DNA of 64,000 nucleotides from positions 171,502 to 235,501 of the forward strand of contig JAFVTQ010000002.1 in the NCBI GenBank assembly GCA_017503135.1, in the 5' to 3' direction. The notes under the pieces were generated by a model. It saw nothing but the letters and a program-made list of their open reading frames with translations, searched no databases and was not told where the DNA came from. Origin of the DNA: Clostridia bacterium (GTDB lineage: Bacteria > Bacillota > Clostridia > Oscillospirales > Acutalibacteraceae). Below are positions 9,027 through 19,182 of this stretch, piece after piece. How positions within the stretch are numbered: the stretch's first letter is position 1; every line of letters starts with the position of its first letter. Made by a program: the position numbers and the translations under genes.

Positions 9027-10697
9027 TTAGAAAAGACCGTCGATTTTGCCGTCACTATCTACATCTATTTTGTATGCTGCTGGAACTTTTGGAAGTCCTG
9101 GCATTGTCATAATGTCACCTGTAAGGCATACGATAAAGCCTGCACCTGCACTGAGTTTTACTTCACGAACTGTCATTGTGAAGTTTTCAGGTTTACCAAG
9201 CTTTGTTGGTTCATCTGAAAGTGAATACTGTGTTTTTGCAACGCAGATTGGAAGCTTGTCTTTGCCGAGCGCTTCAATATCTTTTATTGCTTTTTCAGCT
9301 GCAGCTGTGAAAATTACGCCATCTGCACGATAAATTTCTTTTGCGATTGTGTTAAGTTTTTCTTTGATTGGAAGTTTTTCGTCATAAAGTGGTGCGAAGT
9401 CTGCTTTGCCTTCGTCGATAACTGCGCAAACCTTTTCTGCAAGGTCCATACCACCTTCGCCACCTTTAGCGAACACTTCAGCAAGAGAAACAGGCACTTG
9501 CATTTCTTCACAGAATTCCTTGATATAAGCAATTTCTGCGTCAGTATCTGTATGGAATTTGTTGATTGCAACAACAACTGGCACATTGTATTTTCTCATA
9601 TTTTCAATATGAGTTTTAAGGTTTACGATACCCTTTTTGAGTGCTTCTACATTTTCTTCTTGTAAATCTGCACGAGCAACGCCACCGTTGTATTTAAGAG
9701 CACGGATTGTTGCAACAACAACGATACATTCAGGTTTAAGACCTGCATAACGACACTTGATGTCAAGGAATTTCTCTGCACCAAGGTCTGCACCGAAGCC
9801 TGCTTCTGTAATACAGTAGTCAGCAAGTTTGAGTGCGAGTTTTGTAGCAGTAACAGAGTTACAACCATGAGCAATATTTGCGAAAGGACCACCATGCATA
9901 ATTGCAGGTGTGTTTTCAAGTGTCTGCACAAGGTTTGGCTTGATAGCATCTTTTAAAAGTGCTGCCATTGAGCCAACTGCATTCAAATCCTTTGCATAAA
10001 CAGGCTCGTTATCAAGAGTGTATGCCACAAGAATATTGCCAAGTCTTGTTTTAAGGTCGTCGATATCTGTTGCAAGGCAAAGAATAGCCATAATTTCACT
10101 TGCAACTGTAATCATAAAGCCATCTTCTCTTGGCACACCGTTAACCTTACCACCAAGACCAACGATTACGTTACGAAGTGCACGGTCATTCATATCAAGA
10201 CAACGCTTAAAGAGAATTCTTCTCTGGTCAATTCTCAAATCGTTACCCTGTTGCATATGGTTATCAATAATTGCGCAAAGAAGGTTGTTTGCAGCAGTAA
10301 TTGCGTGCATATCGCCTGTAAAGTGCAAGTTGATGTCTTCCATAGGGATAACCTGTGAATATCCACCACCTGCTGCGCCACCTTTCACACCGAAAACTGG
10401 TCCCATTGATGGCTCACGAAGTGCGATACAAGCATTTTTGCCGATTTTGTTCATTGCCTGACCAAGACCAACTGTAATAGTTGTTTTACCCTCACCTGCA
10501 GGTGTTGGGTTGATAGCAGTAACAAGAATGAGTTTTCCGTTTTCTCTGTCTGCATATTTTTTGTTAAGAGAAAGTGGAAGCTTTGCCTTGTATTTGCCAT
10601 ACATTTCAAGGTCGTCAGCGTCAATATTGAGTTTTTTTGCGATTTCTACAATTGGTAAACAAGGTGTCTGTTGTGCGATTTGAATGTCTGAAAGCAT
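9027..10697 (-). CDS. fhs: Formate--tetrahydrofolate ligase
   Basis: Full-length match in pattern to Fhs ([15 protein letters not shown]...[13 protein letters not shown]...). Confidence 0.95.
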   Translation of the reverse strand: MLSDIQIAQQTPCLPIVEIAKKLNIDADDLEMYGKYKAKLPLSLNKKYADRENGKLILVTAINPTPAGEGKTTITVGLGQAMNKIGKNACIALREPSMGPVFGVKGGAAGGGYSQVIPMEDINLHFTGDMHAITAANNLLCAIIDNHMQQGNDLRIDQRRILFKRCLDMNDRALRNVIVGLGGKVNGVPREDGFMITVASEIMAILCLATDIDDLKTRLGNILVAYTLDNEPVYAKDLNAVGSMAALLKDAIKPNLVQTLENTPAIMHGGPFANIAHGCNSVTATKLALKLADYCITEAGFGADLGAEKFLDIKCRYAGLKPECIVVVATIRALKYNGGVARADLQEENVEALKKGIVNLKTHIENMRKYNVPVVVAINKFHTDTDAEIAYIKEFCEEMQVPVSLAEVFAKGGEGGMDLAEKVCAVIDEGKADFAPLYDEKLPIKEKLNTIAKEIYRADGVIFTAAAEKAIKDIEALGKDKLPICVAKTQYSLSDEPTKLGKPENFTMTVREVKLSAGAGFIVCLTGDIMTMPGLPKVPAAYKIDVDSDGKIDGLF

Positions 10698-10714
10698 AGT
10701 TTAATCCCCCAAAT

Positions 10715-11422
10715 TTATTTTAATAATTCATTTAATTTATTCATCATTTCCTTTGTTGGAGTGGGAATGTGCTCAAAAGGAAACTCAATTTTCATATTGT
10801 CGTATTTAGTCTGACAAATTTTCTTGAATGGTAAAAGTTCAACCTTATCAACACAAGAATGATTTTCAACAATTTTGTTAAGTTTTTGAATGTTATTCTG
10901 GTTATCGTTGATAGTCGGAATAATCACTTGTCTTATTGTTGTTGGAATTTTCTGCTCATTTAAATAATACAAAAATTCCAACGGTTTTTCAAGTGAGCAA
11001 CCAACATTTTCTAAATACAAATCATTTTCTGTATATTTGATGTCGAGCAACACTCTGTCCGTTTCACCAAGCAACTTTTTAATGTTGTCATTAAGAATAT
11101 TACCCGAAGTATCAAGGCAGGTATTTATACCCTTTGCGTGACAGAGTTTGAATGTTTCATAACAGAATTGGGGTTGTAAAAGTGGTTCACCGCCCGAAAG
11201 GGTAACTCCACCTTTATCACCGAAATATTCTTTATAATGCAAAGCCTTTTCTACTATCTCTTGGGGTGTGAATTGCTTTTCGCTTTGCATATCCCAAGTG
11301 TCAGGGTTATGACAGCATTTGCAACGAAGATTACAACCTTGCAAGAAAACTACAAAGCGTAATCCCGGTCCATCAAGAGTGCCAAGACTTTGAATTGAAT
11401 GAACATGACCTGTCATAATCAC
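10715..11422 (-). CDS. pflA: Pyruvate formate-lyase activating enzyme (radical SAM)
   Basis: [26 protein letters not shown] is the CX3CX2C radical SAM motif of glycyl-radical activases. Overlaps the pflB stop. Confidence 0.9.
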   Translation of the reverse strand: MIMTGHVHSIQSLGTLDGPGLRFVVFLQGCNLRCKCCHNPDTWDMQSEKQFTPQEIVEKALHYKEYFGDKGGVTLSGGEPLLQPQFCYETFKLCHAKGINTCLDTSGNILNDNIKKLLGETDRVLLDIKYTENDLYLENVGCSLEKPLEFLYYLNEQKIPTTIRQVIIPTINDNQNNIQKLNKIVENHSCVDKVELLPFKKICQTKYDNMKIEFPFEHIPTPTKEMMNKLNELLK

Positions 11423-13644
11423 ATTGCCTCGTGGAATGTTCTGCTTATAACTTCTCTCTGCTGTGCTTTTGAAAGTTTATTGAAGTTAACTGCATAACCT
11501 GATACGCGGATTGTAAGGTTAGGATATTTTTCAGGATTCTCATAAGCATCCATAAGTGTTTCACGGTTAAGCACATTGACATTGATGTGATGTGCTTTCT
11601 TTGCGAAATAGCCATCAAGGATTGCAACGAGATTGTTTACTCTTTCTTCGTCATCACGACCAAGTGCTTCAGGTGTGATTGAGAATGTATTTGAAATGCC
11701 GTCACGGCAGTCGTCATAACTGATTTTAGCAACAGAGTTAAGAGAAGCGAGTGCACCGTTTTCTTCACGGTTATGCATTGGGTTTGCACCCGGTGCAAAT
11801 GGCTCTGCATTCTTTCTGCCATCAGGTGTAGCACCTGTGTTTTTACCATACATAACATTTGATGTGATTGTGAGCACAGAGAGTGTATGAATTGCTTCTC
11901 TATAAGTTGGTGTCTGACGAAGTGCAGTAATCACACGGTGAGCCATATCCTTTGCCATAAGGTCAACTCTGTCATCATCGTTACCATATTTAGGAAATTC
12001 ACCGGTTGTGTTGAAATCTACTATAAATCCATCTTCATCCTTAATAGTTTCAACATTTGCAAATTTGATAGCGCTTAATGAGTCTGCCACAACTGAAAGA
12101 CCCGCGATACCGAATGCCATAAAGCGTTCAACATCTGTGTCGTGAAGTGCCATCTGAATTTTTTCATAGGCATATTTATCGTGCATATAGTGAATGACAT
12201 TCATTGTGTTTACATACAAGTGACTGAGCCATTCGATATAAATTTGGAATCTCTCCATAACCTTATCGAAATCAAGAGTATCCATAACAGGCATTTGTGG
12301 ACCAATATGCATTTTGCTTGTTGTATCATAACCACCGTTGATTGCAATAAGCAAAAGCTTTGCAAGGTTACAACGAGCACCAAAGAACTGCATCTGCTTG
12401 CCAACCTTCATTGCAGAAACGCAACAAGCAATAGCATAGTCATCACCATAAATTGGTCTCATTACATCGTCATTTTCATATTGAATTGAGTCTGTATCCT
12501 TTGAAACCTTTGCGCAGAATTTTTTGAAATTTTCCGGCAAAGCATTTGACCACAAAATTGTAAGGTTTGGTTCAGGTGATGAACCGAGAGTATAAAGTGT
12601 GTTGAGAACACGGAAACTGTTTTTAGTAACAAGTGTTCTGCCGTCTTGACCCATACCACCAACTGCTTCGGTAATCCACATTGGGTCACCACCGAAAAGT
12701 TCGTTATATTCAGGTGTGCGAAGGTGACGAGCCATTCGAAGTTTCATAACGAAATCATCCATAAGCTCTTGTGCTTCGACTTCTGTAAGCACACCATTCT
12801 CTATATCTCTTTCAATATAAATATCAAAGAATGTGCTGACACGACCTAATGACATTGCAGCACCATTCTGCTCTTTGATTGCGCCAAGATAAGCAAAATA
12901 TGTCCATTGAATTGCTTCACGAGCATTTTTTGCAGGTTGGCTAATATCAAAGCCATACATCTGAGCCATTTCTTTAAGATAGCCCAAGAAAGTAATCTGT
13001 TGGTAAAGTTCTTCAAATGTGCGAATATCTTCTGTTTTGAAATTGCCTGTTGCACGATTTGCTTTATCTTTTTTCTTCTCTTCAATGAGCTTATCAATAC
13101 CATAGAGAGCAACTCGACGATAGTCACCGATAATTCTGCCACGACCATAAGCATCGGGAAGCCCTGTAATTACGTGGCATTTACGAGCTGCACGCATTTC
13201 GTCAGTATAAGCACGGAAAACACCGTCGTTGTGAGTTGTTCTGAATTTGAATTCTTCTTCAACCTTTTCACTGAGTTTATAACCATAAGCCTCGCAAGCC
13301 TGACGCACCATTCTCATACCACCGAATGGGTTAACGCCACGCTTTAAAGGACGGTTTGTCTGAAGTCCCACGATAATTTCTTTTTCTTTGTCAAGATAAC
13401 CTGGTGAATAGCTTGTAAGTGATGATACAGTTGCTGTGTCAATATCAAGCACACCGCCATATTGTCTTTCGAGCTTGAAAAGTTCGTTGAGCTTATTCAT
13501 AAGGTCAGTTGTACGCTCAGTTGCACCTGCAAGGAATGAGTCATCACCTGTGTATTCTTTATAATTCTGTTGAATGAAATCACGGACATTGATTTCATCT
13601 TGCCATACGCCTTTTTTAAATCCGTTCCAATTAGTGTGTTCCAT
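11419..13644 (-). CDS. pflB: Formate C-acetyltransferase (pyruvate formate-lyase)
   Basis: Glycyl radical motif RVSGYAVNF near the C-terminus and the active-site CC in AIACCVSAM. The start was moved to ATG 13644 (MEHTNWNGF), which is preceded by an AGAGAGGA RBS. The track's 17 aa extension lies inside the leader. Confidence 0.95.
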   Translation of the reverse strand: MEHTNWNGFKKGVWQDEINVRDFIQQNYKEYTGDDSFLAGATERTTDLMNKLNELFKLERQYGGVLDIDTATVSSLTSYSPGYLDKEKEIIVGLQTNRPLKRGVNPFGGMRMVRQACEAYGYKLSEKVEEEFKFRTTHNDGVFRAYTDEMRAARKCHVITGLPDAYGRGRIIGDYRRVALYGIDKLIEEKKKDKANRATGNFKTEDIRTFEELYQQITFLGYLKEMAQMYGFDISQPAKNAREAIQWTYFAYLGAIKEQNGAAMSLGRVSTFFDIYIERDIENGVLTEVEAQELMDDFVMKLRMARHLRTPEYNELFGGDPMWITEAVGGMGQDGRTLVTKNSFRVLNTLYTLGSSPEPNLTILWSNALPENFKKFCAKVSKDTDSIQYENDDVMRPIYGDDYAIACCVSAMKVGKQMQFFGARCNLAKLLLIAINGGYDTTSKMHIGPQMPVMDTLDFDKVMERFQIYIEWLSHLYVNTMNVIHYMHDKYAYEKIQMALHDTDVERFMAFGIAGLSVVADSLSAIKFANVETIKDEDGFIVDFNTTGEFPKYGNDDDRVDLMAKDMAHRVITALRQTPTYREAIHTLSVLTITSNVMYGKNTGATPDGRKNAEPFAPGANPMHNREENGALASLNSVAKISYDDCRDGISNTFSITPEALGRDDEERVNNLVAILDGYFAKKAHHINVNVLNRETLMDAYENPEKYPNLTIRVSGYAVNFNKLSKAQQREVISRTFHEAM

Positions 13645-13675
13645 TATAAAGTCCTCTCTTTCTGTTGAAAGTCCA

Positions 13676-13797
13676 TAAAAAACAAAACTGGACAATTCAA
13701 CTTTTTAAAAATTGAATTGCCCAGACGGTCGGCTATTATAAGATATTTTACATTCCCCCGTGGTAGCCCACGAAATCCGTCAGTCATGTAAAATTAC
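13676..13797 (-). promoter_or_regulatory. ZTP (pfl-motif) riboswitch with an intrinsic terminator expression platform
   Basis: Minus strand reads AUGACUGACGGAUUUCGUGGGCUACCACGGGGGAAUG...GCCGACCGUCUGGGCA. This matches the conserved GACUGRCG / CCACNGGGG / CCGNCUGGGC blocks of ZTP riboswitches. GGGCAAUUCAA...UUGAAUUGUCC followed by a U-tract (13722-13676) overlaps the 3' aptamer strand. Confidence 0.9.
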
Positions 13798-13803
13798 AGT
13801 TAT

Positions 13804-13832
13804 ATTATAACTTGCGCACTCTTAAAAGTCAA
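13804..13832 (-). promoter_or_regulatory. Promoter of the ZTP-pflB-pflA-fhs unit
   Basis: Minus strand reads TTGACT (13832-13827), a 17 nt spacer, then TATAAT (13809-13804). Confidence 0.6.
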
Positions 13833-13929
13833 GTTTTGCACAAGACAGATTTTTACACTTTTCGTCACATATTTTTTGTGTATTTGCACAAAAAACAGTG
13901 TGTCAGCAACTGTAACACACTGCATAAAA

Positions 13930-14331
13930 TTATTTTTTCAAATGAGCACCCGTCATTGTTACGATTGCAACATTATTACCCAAATTATCACTGATTACAA
14001 TCTCATAAAAACAAGTTGTTCGACCATCTTTAATGAGTTTGCTTTCACCATAAAGAATATCGCCTTTTGCCATACCAAGATAGCAAATTTGACTAACTGT
14101 TGTAACTGTAATATCTTCTTGATTAAAATTTGTTGCAACTGCAAAGACAAAGTCTGCAAGTGTAAACATTACACCACCCATTACATTACCAACGGCATTA
14201 CGATGAGAAGCATTTAATTTAAGACTACATTTTGCATATTTTTCTTTTACTTCATCAATTACAATGCCCGTACTTTCAGTGGCATATTTATCCCCGCTGA
14301 AAAAATCTCTAGCTTTTTCAAGGTCTGTCAT
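13930..14331 (-). CDS. PaaI-family hotdog-fold acyl-CoA thioesterase
   Basis: HRNAVGNVMGGVMFTLADFVFAVA is typical of PaaI/4HBT thioesterases. The start was moved to ATG 14331 (MTDLEK) behind an AAAGGTGA RBS. The track start at 14349 lies in the upstream terminator U-tract. Confidence 0.75.
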   Translation of the reverse strand: MTDLEKARDFFSGDKYATESTGIVIDEVKEKYAKCSLKLNASHRNAVGNVMGGVMFTLADFVFAVATNFNQEDITVTTVSQICYLGMAKGDILYGESKLIKDGRTTCFYEIVISDNLGNNVAIVTMTGAHLKK

Positions 14332-14346
14332 AAAAATCACCTTTGT

Positions 14347-14381
14347 CAAAAAACAGCGTATTACAAAAGATAATACGCTGT
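14347..14381 (-). terminator. Rho-independent terminator (possibly leaky) between the ligase fusion and the thioesterase
   Basis: Minus strand reads ACAGCGTATTAtcttttgTAATACGCTGT followed by TTTTTG. Confidence 0.6.
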
Positions 14382-14389
14382 AATTTTTA

Positions 14390-16888
14390 TCATTTTTTAA
14401 GTCCCAATCTTTCGCTTGCTTCTTCTCTCATTTTATATTTGAGAATTTTGCCCGCCGCATTCATTGGGAATGCTTTTACAAAGTCAACATAGCGTGGAAC
14501 TTTGTGTCTTGCCATATTAGCGTTAATATATGCCTTCATCTCGTCTGCTGTCATTTCTTCGCCATCTTTTAAGATGATACAAGCCATAATCTCTTCGCCA
14601 TATTGCTCGTCAGGTACACCTATAACCTGAACATCACTAACCTTTGGATGAGTATAAATAAACTCTTCGATTTCTTTTGGATAGATATTTTCACCACCGC
14701 GAATAATCATATCTTTAAGACGACCTGTGATGTTATAGTTACCCTCAGGTGTTCTGCAAGCCAAGTCACCTGTGTGAAGCCAACCATCTTTGTCAATAGC
14801 CTCAGCAGTAGCCTTTGGCATTTTGTAATAGCCCTTCATAATGTTGTAGCCCCTTGCCACAAACTCACCATTGACTCCGTCAGGACAATCTTCACCTGTT
14901 TCAGGGTCGATAATCTTACATTCAACATTTGCGAATGCGCTACCAACAGTTTCTGTTCTGACTTCAAGAGAGTCATAATAACTACTCATTGTGCAACCAG
15001 GTGCTGCTTCTGTCTGACCATAAACTGAAACGATTTCTTTCATATTCATAACTTCAGTTGCTTTTTTCATAAGGTCTGCAGGACAATTAGCACCTGCCAT
15101 AATACCTGTTCTCATATATGAAAAATCAGTTTTCGCGAAGTCCTCGTGTTGCATCATTGCAATAAACATTGTTGGAACACCATTGAATGTTGTAATATGC
15201 TCATTGTGAACACAAGACAAAGCTGGTTTTGGTGAGAAATATGGTAACGGATACATTGTTGCTCCGTGAGTCATTGCCGCAGTCATTGAAAGTACCATAC
15301 CAAAGCAATGGAACATTGGCACCTGAATCATCATTCTGTCAGCAGTTGACAAATCCATATGGTCACCGATATATTTACCGTTATTTACAACGTTATAGTG
15401 TGTGAGCATAACACCTTTTGGGAAACCTGTTGTACCTGATGTATATTGCATATTGCAAACATCATCTTTATTAACGGCAGCAGCCATTCTGTAAACTGTT
15501 TCAACAGGCACTTGTGATGCACGAGCGATTGCGTCATCCCAAGTCATACATCCCTTTTGCTTGAAACCAACTGTGATAACATTTCTAAGGAATGGCAAAC
15601 GACGGGAATGCAAAGTATCCCCTGACTGCATTGAGTCAAGCTCAGGGCAAAGTTTTGCAATGATTTCACCATAATGTGTATCTTTTGCACCCTCAGTCAA
15701 AATCAATGTATGTGTATCTGACTGACGAAGCAAATATTCAATTTCTGCAATTTTATAAGCAGTATTAACTGTAACCAAAACTGCACCGATTTTTACTGTT
15801 GCCCAAAAAGCAATATACCATTGTGGCACATTTGAAGCCCAGACTGCAACGTGATGACCTGCTTTAACACCCATTGCCACAAGTGAACGGGCAAATGTGT
15901 CAACATCATCTCTGAACTCACTATATGTGCGAGTGTAGTCAAGTGTTGTGTATTTAAAGGCATATTGGTCAGGGAATTCTTCAACCATTCTGTCAAGCAC
16001 ATCTGAAAATGTGTTTTCAATCAAAAGGTCTTTTTTCCAGACGAATTTACCTGTATGAGCACGGTTATAATAAAGAGTTTTCTCATTTCTTGATGGGTCA
16101 TTGAACTGACGCATAAAGTTGATATATTGAGAGAAGATAATCTCCATATCGTCAAGCTCTTCGCACCAAGCCGGGTCCCAAACGAGAGAAATGAAACCAT
16201 CATAGTTAACTGAGCGAAGGCTGAGCATCATCTCGGCGATTGGCAATTCGCCCTCACCTGCAAGACAGTATTCAACGCCATTTTCAGTTTTGACTGCATC
16301 GTGAAAATGAACGTGACGGACATAAGCACCAAGATTTTTAATAACATCTTCTGCTGATTCACCACATTCAAAATATGCTGATGAAAGATTCCACAAAGCG
16401 CCTAAATTGTCACAAGCAAAGCCATCAAGCATATCACGAAGCACTGATGTGCTTGCAAAAAGTCCTGATGTTTCAAGCAAAAGTGTAACGCCCTTTTCTT
16501 CTGCTTGTGGAAGAACTTTACGAAGAAATTCTTCTGTCTGTTTTAAAGCACTTTCACTATCTTCAGAAGCCTTTGCGCGAAGACGGATATATGGAATATG
16601 CAAATTTTCTGCGATTTCTAAACATCTTATCAATTCTTCTTCGATATTGCTATCTTTATCTGCTAATTCGCTGATTGTGTCAAGACAAGAAATCTTCAAA
16701 TTTTTATTATATAAACGACGAAGTGTTGCCGCCGCTGTATAATCGTGAAAAGCACCGTCTTTTGCTGTGAAGAGACGATTATAAATATTGTGGAGTTCAA
16801 TACCCTCAAAATGAAGATATTCTGCTACTTCACAAAAATCTTCAAAGGTACTGTTATGCCACCCTTTTGTTGAAAAGGAGAGATTCAT
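14390..16888 (-). CDS. Fusion protein: xylose-isomerase-like TIM barrel (sugar phosphate isomerase/epimerase family) plus FadD-type AMP-forming acyl-CoA ligase
   Basis: The N-terminal ~270 aa (FEGIELHN...LLLET...HVHFHD...EGELP) fits the AP-endonuclease-2/xylose-isomerase-like fold. The C-terminal ~550 aa carries YTSGTTGFPKGVMLTH, GYYK, TGD and RGGENIYPKEIE motifs of adenylate-forming ligases. Confidence 0.8.
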   Translation of the reverse strand: MNLSFSTKGWHNSTFEDFCEVAEYLHFEGIELHNIYNRLFTAKDGAFHDYTAAATLRRLYNKNLKISCLDTISELADKDSNIEEELIRCLEIAENLHIPYIRLRAKASEDSESALKQTEEFLRKVLPQAEEKGVTLLLETSGLFASTSVLRDMLDGFACDNLGALWNLSSAYFECGESAEDVIKNLGAYVRHVHFHDAVKTENGVEYCLAGEGELPIAEMMLSLRSVNYDGFISLVWDPAWCEELDDMEIIFSQYINFMRQFNDPSRNEKTLYYNRAHTGKFVWKKDLLIENTFSDVLDRMVEEFPDQYAFKYTTLDYTRTYSEFRDDVDTFARSLVAMGVKAGHHVAVWASNVPQWYIAFWATVKIGAVLVTVNTAYKIAEIEYLLRQSDTHTLILTEGAKDTHYGEIIAKLCPELDSMQSGDTLHSRRLPFLRNVITVGFKQKGCMTWDDAIARASQVPVETVYRMAAAVNKDDVCNMQYTSGTTGFPKGVMLTHYNVVNNGKYIGDHMDLSTADRMMIQVPMFHCFGMVLSMTAAMTHGATMYPLPYFSPKPALSCVHNEHITTFNGVPTMFIAMMQHEDFAKTDFSYMRTGIMAGANCPADLMKKATEVMNMKEIVSVYGQTEAAPGCTMSSYYDSLEVRTETVGSAFANVECKIIDPETGEDCPDGVNGEFVARGYNIMKGYYKMPKATAEAIDKDGWLHTGDLACRTPEGNYNITGRLKDMIIRGGENIYPKEIEEFIYTHPKVSDVQVIGVPDEQYGEEIMACIILKDGEEMTADEMKAYINANMARHKVPRYVDFVKAFPMNAAGKILKYKMREEASERLGLKK

Positions 16889-16891
16889 TTT

Positions 16892-18271
16892 TTATGCCTC
16901 CTCATAGACGATTTTGTTAACTGCGTTAAGATATGCACGGATACTTGCGCCCATAATATCGGTTGAAATACCGTTACCTGAATAAAGCTTGCCACCTGAA
17001 CGAAGTTTAACAAGCGCCGAACCCATTGCTTCTTTACCCTCTGTAACTGATTGAATCTGGAAATCATCAAGCTCATAGTGATGACCGATAATTCTGTCGA
17101 TTGCAAGGAATGCGGCATCAATAGGACCTGCACCAATGCAGACATCCTGAATTTTTTTGCCGTCTTTTTCAAGTGTAATCTGTGCACTTGCAGAGATAAT
17201 GTTACCATTATTGATAACATAACTAATTAATTTATATGTTGATGGAACTTGCAATGCAGCACTCGCCACGATTGCTTCAAGTTCTTTAAGACCAACCTTT
17301 TTCTTTGCTGCAACACGCAAAAATTCTTCATAAACTTTATTCTGGTCGTCATCTGACAAATCATAGCCAAGATTTGATGCTGCTGCAATAACATCTGCCT
17401 GACTGTCTTTTTCGTCAAGACAAATTGTTTCAGTTACGGCACTTGTAACTGTAACCGCTGCACGCTCTGTGTCTGCTGTGTCGCTAATCCAACGGATTTG
17501 CTTTGCAATTCTCAAAAGTTCTGTTGTTTTGAGATTTGTTTTAACCCCATATTTTTCACCACAGTTTTTAACCATTGTTGCGAAAGTATCCAATGAAACG
17601 TGGCTACCGTCAACTGCAGTTTTAACAAGAGTTGCACCCTTTCGTACAGAAAGAATTGCCTGAGCAGTTGCAAGGCCATTTTTATTGTCACAACCAACAC
17701 CAACAGGCACATTCACCCAAGAGCCAACTTCTGCGATAAAATCTGCAAAGTCGTCAGGCATTGTTTCTGCTGCGCTGTCGCAAACTGAAACTGATGTTGC
17801 ACCGTTCTGAACTGCGATTTCAACAAGCTTTTTAAGGAATTCAGGCTCTGTTCTTGTTGCATCAAGAGCACAGAATTCAACACAATCACATTTTTCTTTT
17901 GCCATTTTCACTGTTTCGCCAACCCAAATAAGCATTTTATCAGGCTTTTTGTGGCAAGTATATTCCATTCCAACAGGTGAAACTGGCAATTCGATACGAA
18001 TGCAAGGATGAGCCGCATTTGTTAGTGCTGTTGCTGCCTGTTCAATGCTTTCTTTTGTAAGTCCTGCTGCAACTGACAATACACCTTTTTTAACAAATGA
18101 TGAAACAGTTTTAACAAATAGAATATCTGTTCTCGCATCGCTAATTGCAGGAATTTCGATTACATCAACACATAGTTTCTCTAACTGACGAGCAATTTCA
18201 ATTTTTTCTTTGAATGAAAATGAGTTTTGCTCTCTGCAGAGAGTAGCATCAGCAATTCTGATTGTTTTCAT
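16892..18271 (-). CDS. 2-isopropylmalate synthase-like protein (HMGL-like barrel plus LeuA_dimer regulatory domain), predicted catalytically inactive
   Basis: Colinear with LeuA. DTTLRDGEQ is replaced by DATLCREQ, and the HxH metal motif (VHTHDDLGLA) is replaced by VGCDNKNGLA. The C-terminal GAGPIDAAF...VTEGKEAMG..ISTDIMGASIRAYLNAVNK regulatory domain is retained. Confidence 0.75.
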   Translation of the reverse strand: MKTIRIADATLCREQNSFSFKEKIEIARQLEKLCVDVIEIPAISDARTDILFVKTVSSFVKKGVLSVAAGLTKESIEQAATALTNAAHPCIRIELPVSPVGMEYTCHKKPDKMLIWVGETVKMAKEKCDCVEFCALDATRTEPEFLKKLVEIAVQNGATSVSVCDSAAETMPDDFADFIAEVGSWVNVPVGVGCDNKNGLATAQAILSVRKGATLVKTAVDGSHVSLDTFATMVKNCGEKYGVKTNLKTTELLRIAKQIRWISDTADTERAAVTVTSAVTETICLDEKDSQADVIAAASNLGYDLSDDDQNKVYEEFLRVAAKKKVGLKELEAIVASAALQVPSTYKLISYVINNGNIISASAQITLEKDGKKIQDVCIGAGPIDAAFLAIDRIIGHHYELDDFQIQSVTEGKEAMGSALVKLRSGGKLYSGNGISTDIMGASIRAYLNAVNKIVYEEA

Positions 18272-18312
18272 AATGAGTATTCATCCTTTCATTTTTTCGG
18301 GAAAATTACAAT

Positions 18313-18590
18313 AAAAAATCCCTGAAACAGTTAGTTTCTGTTTCAGGGACGAAATTTCTTCGCGGTACCACCCTGTTTACCGTTTATTTGCATAAATCGG
18401 TCAACTCTGTAAGGCTCTGACAAGCCTTTTGCCGTGGTAACGGGGCACGCCGTAACTACCTACACAGTTAACACCTTCAGCAGTTATGCTACGGAATGAG
18501 ACTTCTTTTTCTTTTCATACTGTCTTGCACCGAACGACAGCTCTCTGAAATGAATATGGGAAAAAGAATAGTTCCCTCAACGCATTTAAA
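18313..18590 (-). promoter_or_regulatory. T-box leader, predicted Leu specifier (CUC)
   Basis: The minus strand carries UGAGGGAA (K-turn and helix), CAGAGAG and GGUGCAAG distal motifs, and GU-CUC-A-UUCC in the specifier loop (codon at 18500-18498). It also has the T-box sequence AACAGGGUGGUACCGCGAAG (18378-18358) and the terminator UCCCUGAAACAG...CUGUUUCAGGGA plus U6 (18349-18313). Confidence 0.85.
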
Positions 18591-18609
18591 AATATAAAGA
18601 TTGTTTGAT

Positions 18610-18638
18610 AGTTTAGCACAGGTTTTCTTGTTTGTCAA
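18610..18638 (-). promoter_or_regulatory. Promoter of the Leu T-box unit
   Basis: Minus strand reads TTGACA (18638-18633), a 17 nt spacer, then TAAACT (18615-18610). It begins right after the stop of the oxidoreductase gamma subunit. Confidence 0.55.
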
Positions 18639-18648
18639 GAAAAACTCA

Positions 18649-19182
18649 TTAAAAATCTGCGCCGAGCTTCAAAGCTTTAAGGTTTGTTTCAAGCATATCT
18701 GCACGTTTTGCAGAAATAACCTTTGAAAGTGTTGCTTTAACATCTTCTGCGTTAAAACCACCTAAAACTTCAAGAAGTTTGCCCATCAAAATCATATTTG
18801 CAAGTGTTGGGAAACCATTTTCACTTGCAAGACGAGTTGCAGGTATATAATAAACAGTAACATCATCGCGCTCAACTTTTCTTTCGATAAGTGTTGAGTC
18901 TGCTAAAATAATACCACCTGAAACTACACTCTTTTCAAACTTATCAAGAGATGGCAAGTTCATTGCAACTAAAATATCAGGATTTGAAATGATTGGTGAG
19001 CCAACTGCTTCGTCACTGATGATAACGCTACAGCTTGCTGTACCACCACGCATTTCAGGGCCGTATGATGGCAACCAGCTAACCTGTTTTCCGTCTGTAA
19101 GACCTTTATATGCAAGGAATTTACCTGCGAAGAGGATACCCTGACCACCAAAACCTGAAAGTAACATCTGTTTTGTACTCAT
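18649..19182 (-). CDS. 2-oxoacid:ferredoxin oxidoreductase, gamma subunit
   Basis: LLSGFGGQGILFAGKFLA...PSYGPEMRGG is the gamma/POR domain signature. Confidence 0.85.
   Translation of the reverse strand: MSTKQMLLSGFGGQGILFAGKFLAYKGLTDGKQVSWLPSYGPEMRGGTASCSVIISDEAVGSPIISNPDILVAMNLPSLDKFEKSVVSGGIILADSTLIERKVERDDVTVYYIPATRLASENGFPTLANMILMGKLLEVLGGFNAEDVKATLSKVISAKRADMLETNLKALKLGADF

Noticed and set aside
8817-9218. ORFs 8817-9008 (-) and 8931-9218 (+) in the repeat region
   Set aside because: The predicted peptides are low-complexity and span the repeat units and the fhs 3' end. There is no RBS and no recognisable domain.
10018-13347. Many 60-150 aa ORFs antisense or out of frame inside fhs and pflB, and similarly inside the ligases, the PGM gene, lepA and galT
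   Set aside because: These are shadow ORFs within strongly supported long genes. Their composition reflects the complementary codon bias, and they have no independent signals.
13645-13695. 17 aa N-terminal extension of pflB ([17 protein letters not shown])
   Set aside because: It would be translated from the ZTP riboswitch terminator region. A strong RBS precedes the internal ATG at 13644, and MEHTNWNGF matches the normal PflB N-terminus.
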